NCBI GenBank assembly: GCA_903875465.1
Contig: CAIQWB010000135.1
Span: 8,962 to 72,961 of the forward strand
DNA: 64,000 bases
DNA from: an uncultured Verrucomicrobia subdivision 3 bacterium
GTDB taxonomy: Bacteria > Verrucomicrobiota > Verrucomicrobiia > Limisphaerales > UBA11358
Direction: 5' to 3'
The translations under genes and the position numbers were made by a program. The notes beneath the pieces were generated by a model, which was given only the letters and a program-made list of their open reading frames with translations, was not told the DNA's origin and searched no databases. Below are positions 19,957 through 30,244 of this stretch, one piece after another. How positions within the stretch are numbered: the first letter of the stretch is position 1; every line of letters begins with the position of its first letter.

Positions 19957-20757
19957 GTGACCATTGGTCAAGCGTTACAACCGTTACCCATTTCTGTCTG
20001 TCTTATTGCCGGCAATGAAGCCGCGCGCCTGCCGCGCGCGCTCGCCAGCGTGGCGGGCTGGACTTCGGAGGTGATTGTGGTGGTGAACGACGACGTGCGC
20101 GATGGTACCGATGCCATCGCCCATGCCGCAGGGGTCAGGGTGTTTCCAGAAGCCTGGAAAGGGCACATCGCGCAAAAAAATTCCGCTGCTGAAAAAGCCA
20201 CCCAGCCTTGGATTCTGGGATTGGACGCCGATGAAGCTGTTTCCCCGGAATTACGAGCCGAAATTGCCCAATGGTTTGCCACACCCGAAAAGCTGGCCTC
20301 CTTCGAGGCCTTCCAATTTCCCCGTTGCACCTATTATTGCGGCCGGTGGATTCGTCATGGCGACTGGTATCCCGACCGAAAAACCCGCCTCTGGCGGCGC
20401 GGCCAGGCCAAGTGGGGCGGCATTGATCCGCATGATGCGGTGATCGTGTCTGGCCGCGTCGGCACCCTAAAAAACGATCTGCACCATTACAGCAACGAAT
20501 CGATCAACCGCCAGATCCAGAAGCTGGTGCCCTTTAGCGACGATTTCGTCCGCCATCGCCTGGCCACCGGCCGTTCCGGCAGTTGGCTGGAATTGGTAGT
20601 CCGCCCGCCCTGGCGGTTTTTTCGCGCATATGTATTGCGGCTGGGGTTTTTGGATGGCTGGCCAGGTTATTACATTGCCTGGTTAAATGCGTTCTCCGCA
20701 CTAACCCGCTACGTAAAATTGCGCGAGGCGAAATTATCCGAGCGGTCCGAGCCATGA
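19957..20757 (+). CDS. Glycosyltransferase family 2 (LPS core beta-1,4-glucosyltransferase-like)
   Basis: NEA, WKGHIAQKN, LDADE, WYPD..RL and GFLDGWPG. Confidence 0.85.
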   Translation: MTIGQALQPLPISVCLIAGNEAARLPRALASVAGWTSEVIVVVNDDVRDGTDAIAHAAGVRVFPEAWKGHIAQKNSAAEKATQPWILGLDADEAVSPELRAEIAQWFATPEKLASFEAFQFPRCTYYCGRWIRHGDWYPDRKTRLWRRGQAKWGGIDPHDAVIVSGRVGTLKNDLHHYSNESINRQIQKLVPFSDDFVRHRLATGRSGSWLELVVRPPWRFFRAYVLRLGFLDGWPGYYIAWLNAFSALTRYVKLREAKLSERSEP

Positions 20758-21551
20758 AAACCGCCCCCTCGCTGGCTCTCATCATTAATACCTTCAACCA
20801 GCCGGATTATCTGGCGCGGGTCCTGGCCGCCGTGAGCCACCAGGCATCCCCACCGGCGGAAGTATTGCTCGCCGATGATGGTTCCGGACCTGAAACCAAG
20901 GAAGTCTTTGCCCGGTGGGCGGCTGGACAAACCTTGCCCGCACAGCATATCTGGCAGCCGAACAAAGGCTTTCGACGGTCGCGCATCCTGAATCAGGCGA
21001 TTGCCGCCACCCTGAGTGATTACGTGGTTTTTTTGGACGGCGACACCCTGCCGCATCCGCAATTTGTCGCGGATCATCAGGCGCTAGCACTGTATGGGGC
21101 ATTTGTGCAGGGGCATCGCGCCCTGGTTGGCCAGCAGGCCGCCGCGTGGTTTGGCCGGCAGAGCCTCGCGGCGGACCGCCGCCGGGCCTGGCGGGAAGGA
21201 CAGTTGCAGGGCTGGAAAAATGCCTGGCGCTGGCCCCTACCATGGCTGGTTTATCAAAAGGGCCTGCGCGGCATCCGTGGTTGCAATCTGGCCATCTGGC
21301 GGGCCGATTTGGTTCGCGTGAACGGATATAACGAAGATTTCACCGGCTGGGGGCGGGAAGACTCCGAACTAGCCGTACGCCTGCTGAATAGTGGCGTGCG
21401 TCGCCGGGATTTGCGGGGTCGAGCCTTATGTTATCATTTATGGCATCCGCCCGCCAGTCGCGCGCAATTGACCGGCAACAATCTGCTTTTGGAGCAGGCC
21501 CTTAAAACTGCCGCCCAACGTTGTGAGCTCGGTTTGAACCAGTATTTGTGA
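20754..21551 (+). CDS. Glycosyltransferase family 2 with GT7-like C-terminal motif
   Basis: ADDGS, FLDGD, GCN, NGYNEDFTGWGREDSE and HLWH. Start taken at ATG 20754 (ATGA overlap). Confidence 0.87.
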   Translation: MKTAPSLALIINTFNQPDYLARVLAAVSHQASPPAEVLLADDGSGPETKEVFARWAAGQTLPAQHIWQPNKGFRRSRILNQAIAATLSDYVVFLDGDTLPHPQFVADHQALALYGAFVQGHRALVGQQAAAWFGRQSLAADRRRAWREGQLQGWKNAWRWPLPWLVYQKGLRGIRGCNLAIWRADLVRVNGYNEDFTGWGREDSELAVRLLNSGVRRRDLRGRALCYHLWHPPASRAQLTGNNLLLEQALKTAAQRCELGLNQYL

Positions 21552-22558
21552 TACCTACCCGCCCGCTCATGAACGAGCATATCTTAGTCATACGACTCAA
21601 AGCCATGGGCGACGTCGTGCTAACCCTGCCGGCGGTGAACCGATTGCGCGCGCACCATCCCACCGCAAAAATCACGTTCCTCACCTCCCGGGAAAACGCC
21701 CCCATTCTGCGCGGGTTTCGGGCGGTGGATGAAATCCTCGCCCTGGATCGCAAATTGTTGAGCACGGGCAACCCCGTGAGAATCGCCCGGGAATTGCTGC
21801 CCCTGCTACGCCGCCTGCGAACCGCAAAATATGGCCTGGCCGTGGATTTCCAAGGCTACGGTGAAACCGAATGGCTCGCCTGGTGGAGCGGGGCTCCTGA
21901 GCGCCGCGGCATTGTCTACCAGGCCGGGCGCGGCGGTTTGTACACACTAACCTCCACCCGCAATTATCAGGCCCACCCCGCCCACTGGAACCTGGATCTG
22001 CTCGCCGGCATGCCCGGCCCGGCCGGCGAACTGCGCAATGATTACCATTTGCCCGAAGAGGCCCGGCACACAGCAGAAGCATTCCTAGCGTCACACGGAC
22101 TAAATCCCCGCCACCCCATCCTCTTCATCCAGCCATTTACCAGTCACCGACCCAAAAATTGGCCGCTGCCGAATTATCTGGCGGTGGCACGAGACTGGCA
22201 AAGCCGCGGCGTTCAAATTGTTTTTGGCGGGGGTCCGGCCGACCGTACGGAATTAGAGCCGGCATCCGCCGCTGGTTTCGTGGTGGCGGCCGGCGCACCC
22301 CTGCTGGTTTCTGCTGGATTGATGGAACTGTCCTCCCTGGTACTGGGTGCCGATACTGGTTTATTGCACCTGGCGGTGGCGATGAATCGTCGGGTAATGA
22401 TGTTAATGCATGACAACCATCCCGGCACGTATCATCCCTTCCAGAACCCGGAATGGGCGGTCACACCGCCGGCCGGGCAAACAGTGGCCGATATCCCAAC
22501 CGACCGCGTAATGTCCTCCCTGGTCGCGGCTTTTGCCGAGGTGGAGGTGTGCCCTTAA
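21548..22558 (+). CDS. Glycosyltransferase family 9 (heptosyltransferase-like)
   Basis: IRLKAMGDVVL, DFQG, KNWP and DTGLLHLA. Alternative start ATG 21569. Confidence 0.88.
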   Translation: MIPTRPLMNEHILVIRLKAMGDVVLTLPAVNRLRAHHPTAKITFLTSRENAPILRGFRAVDEILALDRKLLSTGNPVRIARELLPLLRRLRTAKYGLAVDFQGYGETEWLAWWSGAPERRGIVYQAGRGGLYTLTSTRNYQAHPAHWNLDLLAGMPGPAGELRNDYHLPEEARHTAEAFLASHGLNPRHPILFIQPFTSHRPKNWPLPNYLAVARDWQSRGVQIVFGGGPADRTELEPASAAGFVVAAGAPLLVSAGLMELSSLVLGADTGLLHLAVAMNRRVMMLMHDNHPGTYHPFQNPEWAVTPPAGQTVADIPTDRVMSSLVAAFAEVEVCP

Positions 22559-22559
22559 T

Positions 22560-23435
22560 TTATCGCACTGCCACGTAATGCTTTTTGCTAAAGCGCCAGC
22601 CAAACCATTGTTCCAACTTCAACATGCGCCGGTGTTTCTTTTCCCGCCTGGTAAGCCGGTAATTCGGATCTGCCTGGAAAATGCCGGTGCAAGGGGGCAG
22701 CCAGGCTTGCACCGCTTGAGGATGGGTGCCCGTGAACAGTTTTAAAGTGCCTGGATCTATTTGTGAATAATCCATTTTGGGCACGGTGTCGGCATCCCAA
22801 AACCGGTGTGTGGCGCTCGTTTTAAGATTCATCTGCGCCTCGCTCCGCACCCAGCCATAATGATAAATCGTCGCGCCAGTATGCGCCGCGCGCGGATAGC
22901 GCCCCCGCTTGTGCGTATCCAGCACTACGAAGAAAAGGCCCTCCGGGCCCCAGGCCGGAATCGTGTTACGCAGGATGCGCACTTCAGTCCGGTACCAACG
23001 GGGCGACCAGGCGTAGGTGTTCGCGTTGCCGTAAAAGTGCAGATAGTCAAACGCCAGCGCCTCCACGCGCGAATCCGGCAGATGCGTTTCCATGGCCGCG
23101 CGGATTTTCACCAACTCGCTTTCGTGAACCACCTCATCCGCTTCCAGGTAGAAAGCCCAATCACCGGTGCAATTGAAGAGGGCGATGGATTTTTGCTGGC
23201 CGTAAACAAAGCCTTTCACGCTGTAATCCGTCTGAATGCGTTCATTCCATTGCGTGGGTATAATCCGAATTTTGGGATCACCAATCGCCCGCAGCATGGG
23301 CTCCGTGGCATCGTCACAGGGCCCGAGCGCAATGATGAATTCATCCACCAGCGGCAGCACCGATCGAATGGATTCCACGAAGGGATAGCCCAGCTTCTGG
23401 GCATTGCGCAAAAAGGTGCAACCGCTGACTTTCAT
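22560..23435 (-). CDS. Glycosyltransferase family 2-like protein
   Basis: SGCTFLRNA..YPFVESIRS, YLEADEVVHE and IYHYGWVR. Confidence 0.8.
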   Translation of the reverse strand: MKVSGCTFLRNAQKLGYPFVESIRSVLPLVDEFIIALGPCDDATEPMLRAIGDPKIRIIPTQWNERIQTDYSVKGFVYGQQKSIALFNCTGDWAFYLEADEVVHESELVKIRAAMETHLPDSRVEALAFDYLHFYGNANTYAWSPRWYRTEVRILRNTIPAWGPEGLFFVVLDTHKRGRYPRAAHTGATIYHYGWVRSEAQMNLKTSATHRFWDADTVPKMDYSQIDPGTLKLFTGTHPQAVQAWLPPCTGIFQADPNYRLTRREKKHRRMLKLEQWFGWRFSKKHYVAVR

Positions 23436-23518
23436 GGGCGGCAGGATACAATTGATAATGGAAAATTACCAATGGATAAAGGGGATGACGCCGGACAAGT
23501 CCGTTTAATTTTTGTGCA

Positions 23519-25174
23519 TTAAGGCTTGGTGGCCAGCACAAATTTTTTGCCGTGCTGCTGGATTATCTCGGGCAGTCGGTGGGATTTGATGCCCTCCCAT
23601 AATTCATGCGGTGGTGGAAACAAGGGCAAGCAAGCCACCGTCTGGAGCTGCCAATCAGCCTCCGGAGGCAGTTGCACCAGCAGGGTTTTGGCGGCCAGCA
23701 CAAAATGGTAATTCGTTGTCCCGGCCGTGCCAAACCCGTCCACCTGCGCGACGAACCAGTCCGGGCCGAGCACCGTGCGCAGGCGGCTGGCCAGTTGACG
23801 CTCGCCGACCACCAGTACGGATTGGGGACTTTTGGCTGGCTGCCGTTGGAGAGTGGCGGCGATTTGTTGCGCGGTTTCCCGCCAGTAAAGCGGGGTGCTG
23901 AGCGCAAAAAAGATCAGCCAAACCAACAGCATGGACAACCCCACAGCGACCATCGCCACGCGAGCCTGCTGGCGCAATCCCAGATAGCCTAAGAGACCCA
24001 GCAAACCCAAAATCCCGCCAAACAGCAGCACCGGACTAAACGGGGCGGACGACCACTGGGCCACAAAGAACCAACCCGCCAACGCCAACATTCCAAGGAT
24101 TACGAGCAGGAACATTAGTATCCGGCGAAAAGAGCAGCCACAACGCACCGTTGCCACGGATGGCAGCCAATCCCCCAGCAGAATCGCGATCAGCGGCGCC
24201 GCGGGCAGCAAGTAACGGGGTGAGACATTATCCCCCATGGGAAAACCAAACACCAACAGCGCCGTCCAGCCCAGCAAAAATGCCTGCGCCCGCCGCGGCA
24301 AGAGCGTGGGCATGCGAAACCGGTTGCGGATGAGCAACTCCAGCGCGGGCAGACTCCACGGCAGGAAATTTGCCACCAATACCAGCGCGTATTCGCCCAT
24401 GCGAATGACCGGGTCCCACCAATGGCCGTGCAGGTTGCTGGTCACCTGGTCATCAAAAAAAGTATCCAGCGAACTGTTCCCGTAACGCGCCCAAATATAA
24501 GCAAACCACCCCGTCGCCAGCCCTAACGAAACCAACAGGCTGGGCCAGTGGAGCAGGCGCTTGAAGGAGCCCGGCCCGCGCTGCGTCCAGAGGGTGAATC
24601 CCCACGCAAACCCCACCATTCCGACCCCCAGCAACCCCTTGCTCAACACCGCGCCCGCCGCGCCGCCATAGGCCATCCAAAAAACCGCCGGGGTGACTTC
24701 CTCGAGGATGAGCAAACGGATGAAGCCACTCGCACTGAGGGTGATGAAAAAGGTGAGCAGGGCATCCGGCATGGCCCGGATGGCGCACAGAAAAAACTGC
24801 ACATGGGCCAGCAAGACCACCACCGCCAGCATGGCGCGATCCAGCTTACCCGTCAACCGCCTGGCCAGCGACCAGGTCAGCCACAGGGTGCCGGCACACG
24901 CCAGCAAAAAGGGCAGGCGCGCGCTGAGAATATGCACCCCCAGCAGGGAGTAACTAGCGCCCACCGCCCAATAGGCCAGCGGCGGCTTTTCAAAGCGGGG
25001 GGTGCCGTCGGCGTGTTTGGGAATCAACCAGTCACCGTCCCGCACCATGTTAAAACCGCCGTCGAAATAATGGCGTTCGTCCGGATAAAACAAGGTGAAG
25101 GTGGCCGCCATCGGCAGGGCGGCCAGCACAAACAACAGGATCAGGGTAACAAGGGTAACCGGTGGTCTCATCAA
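23519..25174 (-). CDS. ArnT-like lipid-carrier-dependent glycosyltransferase (GT-C)
   Basis: DERHY, RFEKPPLAYW, LSKG and RYLLP; multiple TM segments. Confidence 0.82.
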   Translation of the reverse strand: MMRPPVTLVTLILLFVLAALPMAATFTLFYPDERHYFDGGFNMVRDGDWLIPKHADGTPRFEKPPLAYWAVGASYSLLGVHILSARLPFLLACAGTLWLTWSLARRLTGKLDRAMLAVVVLLAHVQFFLCAIRAMPDALLTFFITLSASGFIRLLILEEVTPAVFWMAYGGAAGAVLSKGLLGVGMVGFAWGFTLWTQRGPGSFKRLLHWPSLLVSLGLATGWFAYIWARYGNSSLDTFFDDQVTSNLHGHWWDPVIRMGEYALVLVANFLPWSLPALELLIRNRFRMPTLLPRRAQAFLLGWTALLVFGFPMGDNVSPRYLLPAAPLIAILLGDWLPSVATVRCGCSFRRILMFLLVILGMLALAGWFFVAQWSSAPFSPVLLFGGILGLLGLLGYLGLRQQARVAMVAVGLSMLLVWLIFFALSTPLYWRETAQQIAATLQRQPAKSPQSVLVVGERQLASRLRTVLGPDWFVAQVDGFGTAGTTNYHFVLAAKTLLVQLPPEADWQLQTVACLPLFPPPHELWEGIKSHRLPEIIQQHGKKFVLATKP

Positions 25175-25467
25175 TCGCCCAGGAGCTTCCGCAATTGATC
25201 GCGCGCCGCTTCCGCCCGTTTATTCACCTCGGCCTTGGGCACCCAGTTGCGCCGGATGAAGTCAAAATACTCGCAAAAATTTCCCGCGTCCTTGTCCAGC
25301 ACCGGCTCGGCCCGGCGCTCGCGGCATTGTTGAGCCACCCGGGGATCGTAGCTCACACAATTCAGACACACGCGCAAATCCGCGCGGCACTTCATGCACG
25401 TCTCCCCGCGCCCGGGCAAACCGCTAATCGTCCACGGCTCCCCGCATTGATGACAATGTCTGGTCAT
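25171..25467 (-). CDS. Conserved small Cys-rich (zinc-ribbon-like) hypothetical protein
   Basis: CHQC, CMKC, CLNC, C..NFCEYF. Its stop overlaps the ArnT-like start. Confidence 0.7.
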   Translation of the reverse strand: MTRHCHQCGEPWTISGLPGRGETCMKCRADLRVCLNCVSYDPRVAQQCRERRAEPVLDKDAGNFCEYFDFIRRNWVPKAEVNKRAEAARDQLRKLLGD

Positions 25468-25770
25468 AAACCTATATTAATTGCCGCCCGGAGGTTTTCA
25501 ATGGAATTACTTTTCAGCTCCCCGAAGTCATGCAGTTTTATTTCTGCCATCGGCTCACCGTTGCCAAGCCAGCGACATGGGCGGCGCACCAAAAAGCATG
25601 CCCGATTCTATCAGGTCCGCTCCTCATCCGCCACCAAGCGCAGCCACGCTACGTGCAACAGCGCCTCGCCAGATCCTTAATTCAAATGGGGGGGAAGCGT
25701 TGGGAGCCTGCCCGCCGCCCGCCGGATAGTTCCTCGACAATCGCCCAAAGGGGCGTAGGTTAATATAATT

Positions 25771-26853
25771 ATGAAGGGCGAGGTCGTTTACTTATATGCC
25801 TTTGACGTGGCGAATGAAATTGCCACCTCGCGCGTACAGGAAATCCTGTCTGAAAAGCCGTTTCCGTTTGAAATCCGCATGGACCGGACCCTGCCCAAGG
25901 ACATGCCGCTGTACAAGCCACTTGCCATTGAGCCGCATACCCTGCCCGCCAAATTGGGTGGCCGGGAGGTCAGTTTTCTCATTCGCGTTTATGATGTGGG
26001 CGTGGTGACCGTCATGATGCGGCGAGAGGTCGAAGCCCCCGCCCTGGGCGATTTGATACCGTTTCACAATCCGCGCCTGGATGATGACGAAACGCTCGAT
26101 TCCGTGGCTTTAAAGCTTTGCGCCCAAGTCTGTTCCAGTCTGACGGAGCTCATGGTTGGCCAATCCGAATGTCCGCCCCCGCCCGAGGCATACACCGTGT
26201 TTTGCCTCACGGAAATCGCCGGGGTCAGTGACGCCAATCTCTGGCTGGCCGAAAATCGCCGGGCGGTGGCTGGCCTGCTCAGCGAAACCAGCGCCAGCCA
26301 TTTGAGCGAATCCCAAATTACCGAGGTGCTGCGCATTCAGCGTTCTTTCGAAAACACCGACCTGGCCATCATTGACTGGGATGCCGCGCTGGTCGTGGAT
26401 TTGGGCGGCTACACCGATGACGTGCTATACGCCCTCGAACTGGCCAACCTCCAATTGGAGGAATTTCGCGTGATGGACCGCCGGCTGGACGCCTACTTGG
26501 ACCGGGCCTACGCCGATCTGGACCGCCGGGCGATGCCCATGTTTGGGGCGGCCACCAAAACCCTCCGGCATTTGCGGCGATTCCGCGTGGATGTGGCCAA
26601 GCTAACGGACGAGGTGACCCACATCACCAAATTTTTCGGCGATTGGTACCTGGCGCGGGTTTACCTGGGGGCGCGGGACCGCTTTTATCTCGACCAATGG
26701 CGGGCCAGTGTCGAACAGCGCCTCGCCCAGCTCGACAAACTCTACAGCGTCGTCCATGCGGAGGTGAATGAACAGCGCATGCTGTGGCTGGAAATCATCA
26801 TCGTGATTTTCTTCGCGTTTGACCTGCTCATTCTGTTGGTGCTAAAGCGCTGA
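25771..26853 (+). CDS. Hypothetical protein, RMD1/DUF155-like with C-terminal TM helix
   Basis: AT-rich upstream region; DWYLARVY and a C-terminal LEIIIVIFFAFDL resembling RMD1-family C-termini. Confidence 0.6.
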   Translation: MKGEVVYLYAFDVANEIATSRVQEILSEKPFPFEIRMDRTLPKDMPLYKPLAIEPHTLPAKLGGREVSFLIRVYDVGVVTVMMRREVEAPALGDLIPFHNPRLDDDETLDSVALKLCAQVCSSLTELMVGQSECPPPPEAYTVFCLTEIAGVSDANLWLAENRRAVAGLLSETSASHLSESQITEVLRIQRSFENTDLAIIDWDAALVVDLGGYTDDVLYALELANLQLEEFRVMDRRLDAYLDRAYADLDRRAMPMFGAATKTLRHLRRFRVDVAKLTDEVTHITKFFGDWYLARVYLGARDRFYLDQWRASVEQRLAQLDKLYSVVHAEVNEQRMLWLEIIIVIFFAFDLLILLVLKR

Positions 26854-26873
26854 TCGGCCGCTTCGGCCCACCT

Positions 26874-27629
26874 TCAATAGGCAATGGCGAAATTAGTGCG
26901 GGAGGCATCCGTGACCGCCCAGAGATTAATAGGGGAGGTGGAAAGTGGGGCCTTCAAAAACCGCACACTGCCGTCACAAAAGGCGTAATTGGACCCCAGA
27001 TCGTGCCGTTCCTGCTCCACCCGGGCCACATCATTGCCAAAGCCCTCGGTGGCCTCCTCCAGAAAATCCATGTAATAATCCATGGCAGCCGTTTGCTTTT
27101 CCCCAAAGATGATTGTGTCGGAGGAATGCACAATGGCGCTGTCCTTCATACCCCGGTTCAGATTGCCGGCCATGTAATCGGCCATCTCCTCATCGTCCAG
27201 GGTGGCCGCAAAATAATCATTGAAGGCATTGATCAGGTAACTGCGCGGGGCCGCATCCGCCACGCGGAAGGAATTGGTGTCGGTCTGGATGAGTTGGCCG
27301 TTTTTCCCGTCCGAGAGGCACACCAGCACTTTCACATTTTTGCCATAATTGGGATACAACCGGTCCGGCCAGCGGGCGCCGCCGCTGCGCGGCGGATATT
27401 GGTTCTGATTTTCATCCACGTACAGGCGCACGGCCAACCCCAGCTGGCGCAAATTATTGCCGCAGGCAATCCGGCGGCCGGCTTCCTTGGCCTTGCTCAG
27501 GCCGGGCAGCAGCATGGCTGCGAGAATCGCGATGATGGCGATGACCACCAGGAGTTCAATGAGGGTGAAGGCGGGCGTTCGCCGGTAATTACAAGTATTT
27601 TTCTGGCTCTGGGATTTTTTCATAACCAT
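26874..27629 (-). CDS. Prepilin-type N-terminal cleavage/methylation protein with H-X9-DG domain
   Basis: A|[31 protein letters not shown] and [12 protein letters not shown]. Start 27629 or 27623. Confidence 0.88.
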   Translation of the reverse strand: MVMKKSQSQKNTCNYRRTPAFTLIELLVVIAIIAILAAMLLPGLSKAKEAGRRIACGNNLRQLGLAVRLYVDENQNQYPPRSGGARWPDRLYPNYGKNVKVLVCLSDGKNGQLIQTDTNSFRVADAAPRSYLINAFNDYFAATLDDEEMADYMAGNLNRGMKDSAIVHSSDTIIFGEKQTAAMDYYMDFLEEATEGFGNDVARVEQERHDLGSNYAFCDGSVRFLKAPLSTSPINLWAVTDASRTNFAIAY

Positions 27630-27692
27630 TCGCTGCTGGTGTGCGTCTAATCCGACAATCATCCGGGTCGCGGGCCCGCTCCATTCAATTTT

Positions 27693-28148
27693 ATGTCTAA
27701 AAACAACTGGTTGCTCGTAATCGTCCTGGTGGCACTCACGACGGTGTACGCCGTCTGGTTTACCGACTGGTTCCGGCCCAAGACCATCCAAATTTTTCAT
27801 GCCTGCCGCAAAGTGCGCGTACTGGCGAATCAGCGCACCAAAAACGCGCCCGTCACCCTGCCGGTGATGTTTGGCCTGGGCGCCCGTTACCAGCTTAAGG
27901 AACTAAAGGTTTGGCCGCTGGATGCATGGCAGAGCAACCACAACGCCCTGCCGGTCTGGCACCTGATCTCCGCCACCAATTCCGCCCCGGTGAAGGAATT
28001 CATGTACGGCCGGAACATCCCCGGGATGAAACCGGCCATTCCGGGCACGCATGCCGAGCCGCTGGAACCGAATGTCACTTATCACCTGTTTCTGCAAGCC
28101 GGCTCCTACAAGGGGGAGCACAACTTTGAGGCCAAGCCGGTGGACTAG
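27693..28148 (+). CDS. Hypothetical N-terminally membrane-anchored protein
   Basis: A single N-terminal TM segment ([19 protein letters not shown]) followed by a beta-rich domain. Confidence 0.7.
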   Translation: MSKNNWLLVIVLVALTTVYAVWFTDWFRPKTIQIFHACRKVRVLANQRTKNAPVTLPVMFGLGARYQLKELKVWPLDAWQSNHNALPVWHLISATNSAPVKEFMYGRNIPGMKPAIPGTHAEPLEPNVTYHLFLQAGSYKGEHNFEAKPVD

Positions 28149-29128
28149 GCCGGTTTAACCGCCGGTCCAGCCAGATGGCAGGCCACGTGGTGTTGCGGGG
28201 CCACTTCCCGCAGGACCGGGACTTCCGCACGGCAGCGGGCCTCCGCCACCGGACACCGGGGATGAAATGGACATCCCGATGGCGGATGAATCGGCGAGGG
28301 CACGTCGCCGGGCAAAATGATCCGCTGCCGCTTGCTGTCCGGGTCCACTTCGGGCACGGCCGAAATGAGGGCCTGCGTGTAGGGATGCTGCGGCGACCGG
28401 ATGATCGCCCGGGCATCGGCCAGTTCCACCACTTTGCCCAAGTACATCACCATGACCCGCTGGCTGATGTGCTCCACCACCGCCAGATCATGGGCGATGA
28501 ACAAATAGGCAATCCCGTGCTCCCGCTGCAAATCCTGCAACAAATTGATGATCTGGGCCTGCACGGACACATCCAGGGCGCTGACCGGTTCATCGCAAAT
28601 AATTAATTGCGGTTTCACGGCCAGGGCGCGGGCAATGCCAATGCGCTGCCGCTGGCCACCACTAAATTCATGCGGATAGCGCTGGATGTATTTGGCATCC
28701 AGCCCCACATCCGTGAGCAATTCCTCGATCCGCTGGCGGCGTTCCGCTTTACCCGTGGTCAGTTTATGAATATCCAGCGCTTCGCCGACGATGTCCTCCA
28801 CCGTCATACGCGGATTCAAGGAACCATAAGGGTCCTGAAAAATAATCTGCAACTGCCGGCGGCGTTCGCGCAATTCCCGCGAGCCCAACCGGGCCAAATC
28901 CGCCCCGCCAAAACGCACGCTGCCGGCCGTAGGGTCGACCAACCGAACGATGGCCCGGCCCAAGGTGCTCTTGCCGCAACCGCTCTCACCCACCAAGCCG
29001 AGCGTCTCCCCGGGGGCGATGGTGAAGCTCACGCCATCCACGGCCTTGACGGATTCGGACGCCCCGCCCCACCAGCCGGTTTTCAGCGGGAAATGTACTT
29101 TTAAGTTTTCGACTTCCAACAAAGCCAT
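28145..29128 (-). CDS. oppF: Oligopeptide/dipeptide ABC transporter ATP-binding protein (OppF/DppF-type)
   Basis: [34 protein letters not shown] and [14 protein letters not shown]-like GGAG upstream of ATG 29128. Confidence 0.9.
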   Translation of the reverse strand: MALLEVENLKVHFPLKTGWWGGASESVKAVDGVSFTIAPGETLGLVGESGCGKSTLGRAIVRLVDPTAGSVRFGGADLARLGSRELRERRRQLQIIFQDPYGSLNPRMTVEDIVGEALDIHKLTTGKAERRQRIEELLTDVGLDAKYIQRYPHEFSGGQRQRIGIARALAVKPQLIICDEPVSALDVSVQAQIINLLQDLQREHGIAYLFIAHDLAVVEHISQRVMVMYLGKVVELADARAIIRSPQHPYTQALISAVPEVDPDSKRQRIILPGDVPSPIHPPSGCPFHPRCPVAEARCRAEVPVLREVAPQHHVACHLAGPAVKPA

Positions 29129-29428
29129 TTCATTGTCTCCTATACGTGGGTGATTGCCGAATCTTGCACGGCATTTAAACAAATTTTTACCGGCGATTGG
29201 GTTGGCGCAAAACCACCTGGCGTTGCCGCCATAAGCAGGCCAGCCAGACTAGCGAATGAGCCACTAGGGGTAGCGATGCCAGTGCCGGCCAGCGCGCCCG
29301 AGCGGGTCACATGACCGCCAGTGGCAGCACCGGATCCGACCTGAAATGGGATGACCGCAACCTTCACGCGGAGAAATTAGGTGCAATCGCCCATGGCGTC
29401 AATGTGACAAAGAAGGTTGTTTGGTAAA

Positions 29429-29504
29429 TCCAAGGTCCAAAGTCCAAGGTCGAAAAACGGGCAAAGGTACGATTAGGCACGATTAGGTACGATTAGGCAC
29501 GATT
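29429..29504. repeat. Short tandem repeats: 7-mer x3 and 10-mer x4
   Basis: tccaagg-tccaaag-tccaagg (29429-29449); aggtacgatt-aggcacgatt-aggtacgatt-aggcacgatt (29465-29504). Confidence 0.85.
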
Positions 29505-29883
29505 CGAGGCGATTCAGCCGGGTTTAGCAACCAATCCCGGGTCAGGGGACCCGGCCTCCAGGTTCAGAGGGAGTTGGCTTGAAGGTCCACCCGCAATGGG
29601 TGGGGCGAAGGCGCAGGTGCGCGCAGGATTTCCCACCGGGCGGGAGGTTGGATTATCTTTTTATTTTTTTTGAGCCGGATTAACCTGGATTAACGCGGAT
29701 CTAGCCGGACAAGTTTCAGAGAGGCTGTGGGCTTTAGGATGTGGGCAGAAATTTTTAAACGTCCGCCAGGCGGGCGGACTATGGCAAAGAACCGGCCTTC
29801 GGATGGCATAAGCCATTGGCACCCGGACGAGTGGGTCCAAACTGAGCTGGCAATTTAACATCAGATGATGAGTTGTCAAATGG

Positions 29884-30060
29884 GAATGGGGACAGGATGG
29901 GGCTGAACGGGCGCACTACGGCATCCGTTTGCTGGAACGTCTCGCTGAAGATCTGGCCAACCTGGGCATCCAGGGTCGGGACACCCGCTCGCTGCGGGAC
30001 TTCCGCCGTTTGTATTAAATCTACCCACAGATTCGGGGGACGGTGGCCCGCGAATTGGAA
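29884..30060 (+). pseudogene. Remnant of a DUF1016/YhcG-like N-terminal domain
   Basis: Translates EWGQDGAERAHYGIRLLERLAEDL..G..TRSLRDFRRLY*IYPQIRGTVAREL, with an in-frame TAA at 30016-30018 and no start. Confidence 0.7.
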
Positions 30061-30121
30061 CAACTCAGTCTGGCGCCGTGCCGGGGTCAGGGTCGGGGGG
30101 CAGGTGCGGGTGGATTGGATC

Positions 30122-30244
30122 AGCAGAAGGTTTCGCGCAGAGGTGCCGAGGGCGCAGAGAAAAGCACAAGGTGGCGGGCGGCTGATGCCACCGAGATTTC
30201 CGGTGAGCGCGGCAATTATATGGCAATACCTTTGGCCGACACCT
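30122..30244 (+). repeat. 123-bp imperfect direct repeat, copy 1
   Basis: Ungapped manual alignment with 31615-31737 gives 100/123 identical bases. Confidence 0.9.

Noticed and set aside
29140-29400. Possible riboswitch (for example c-di-GMP) or 75-aa ORF upstream of oppF
   Set aside because: Only a GCAAAACC-like fragment without the required paired architecture; the ORF has no recognisable features.
29465-29504. Tandem repeats considered as a CRISPR array
   Set aside because: Units are 7-10 bp, have no spacers, and there are no cas genes.
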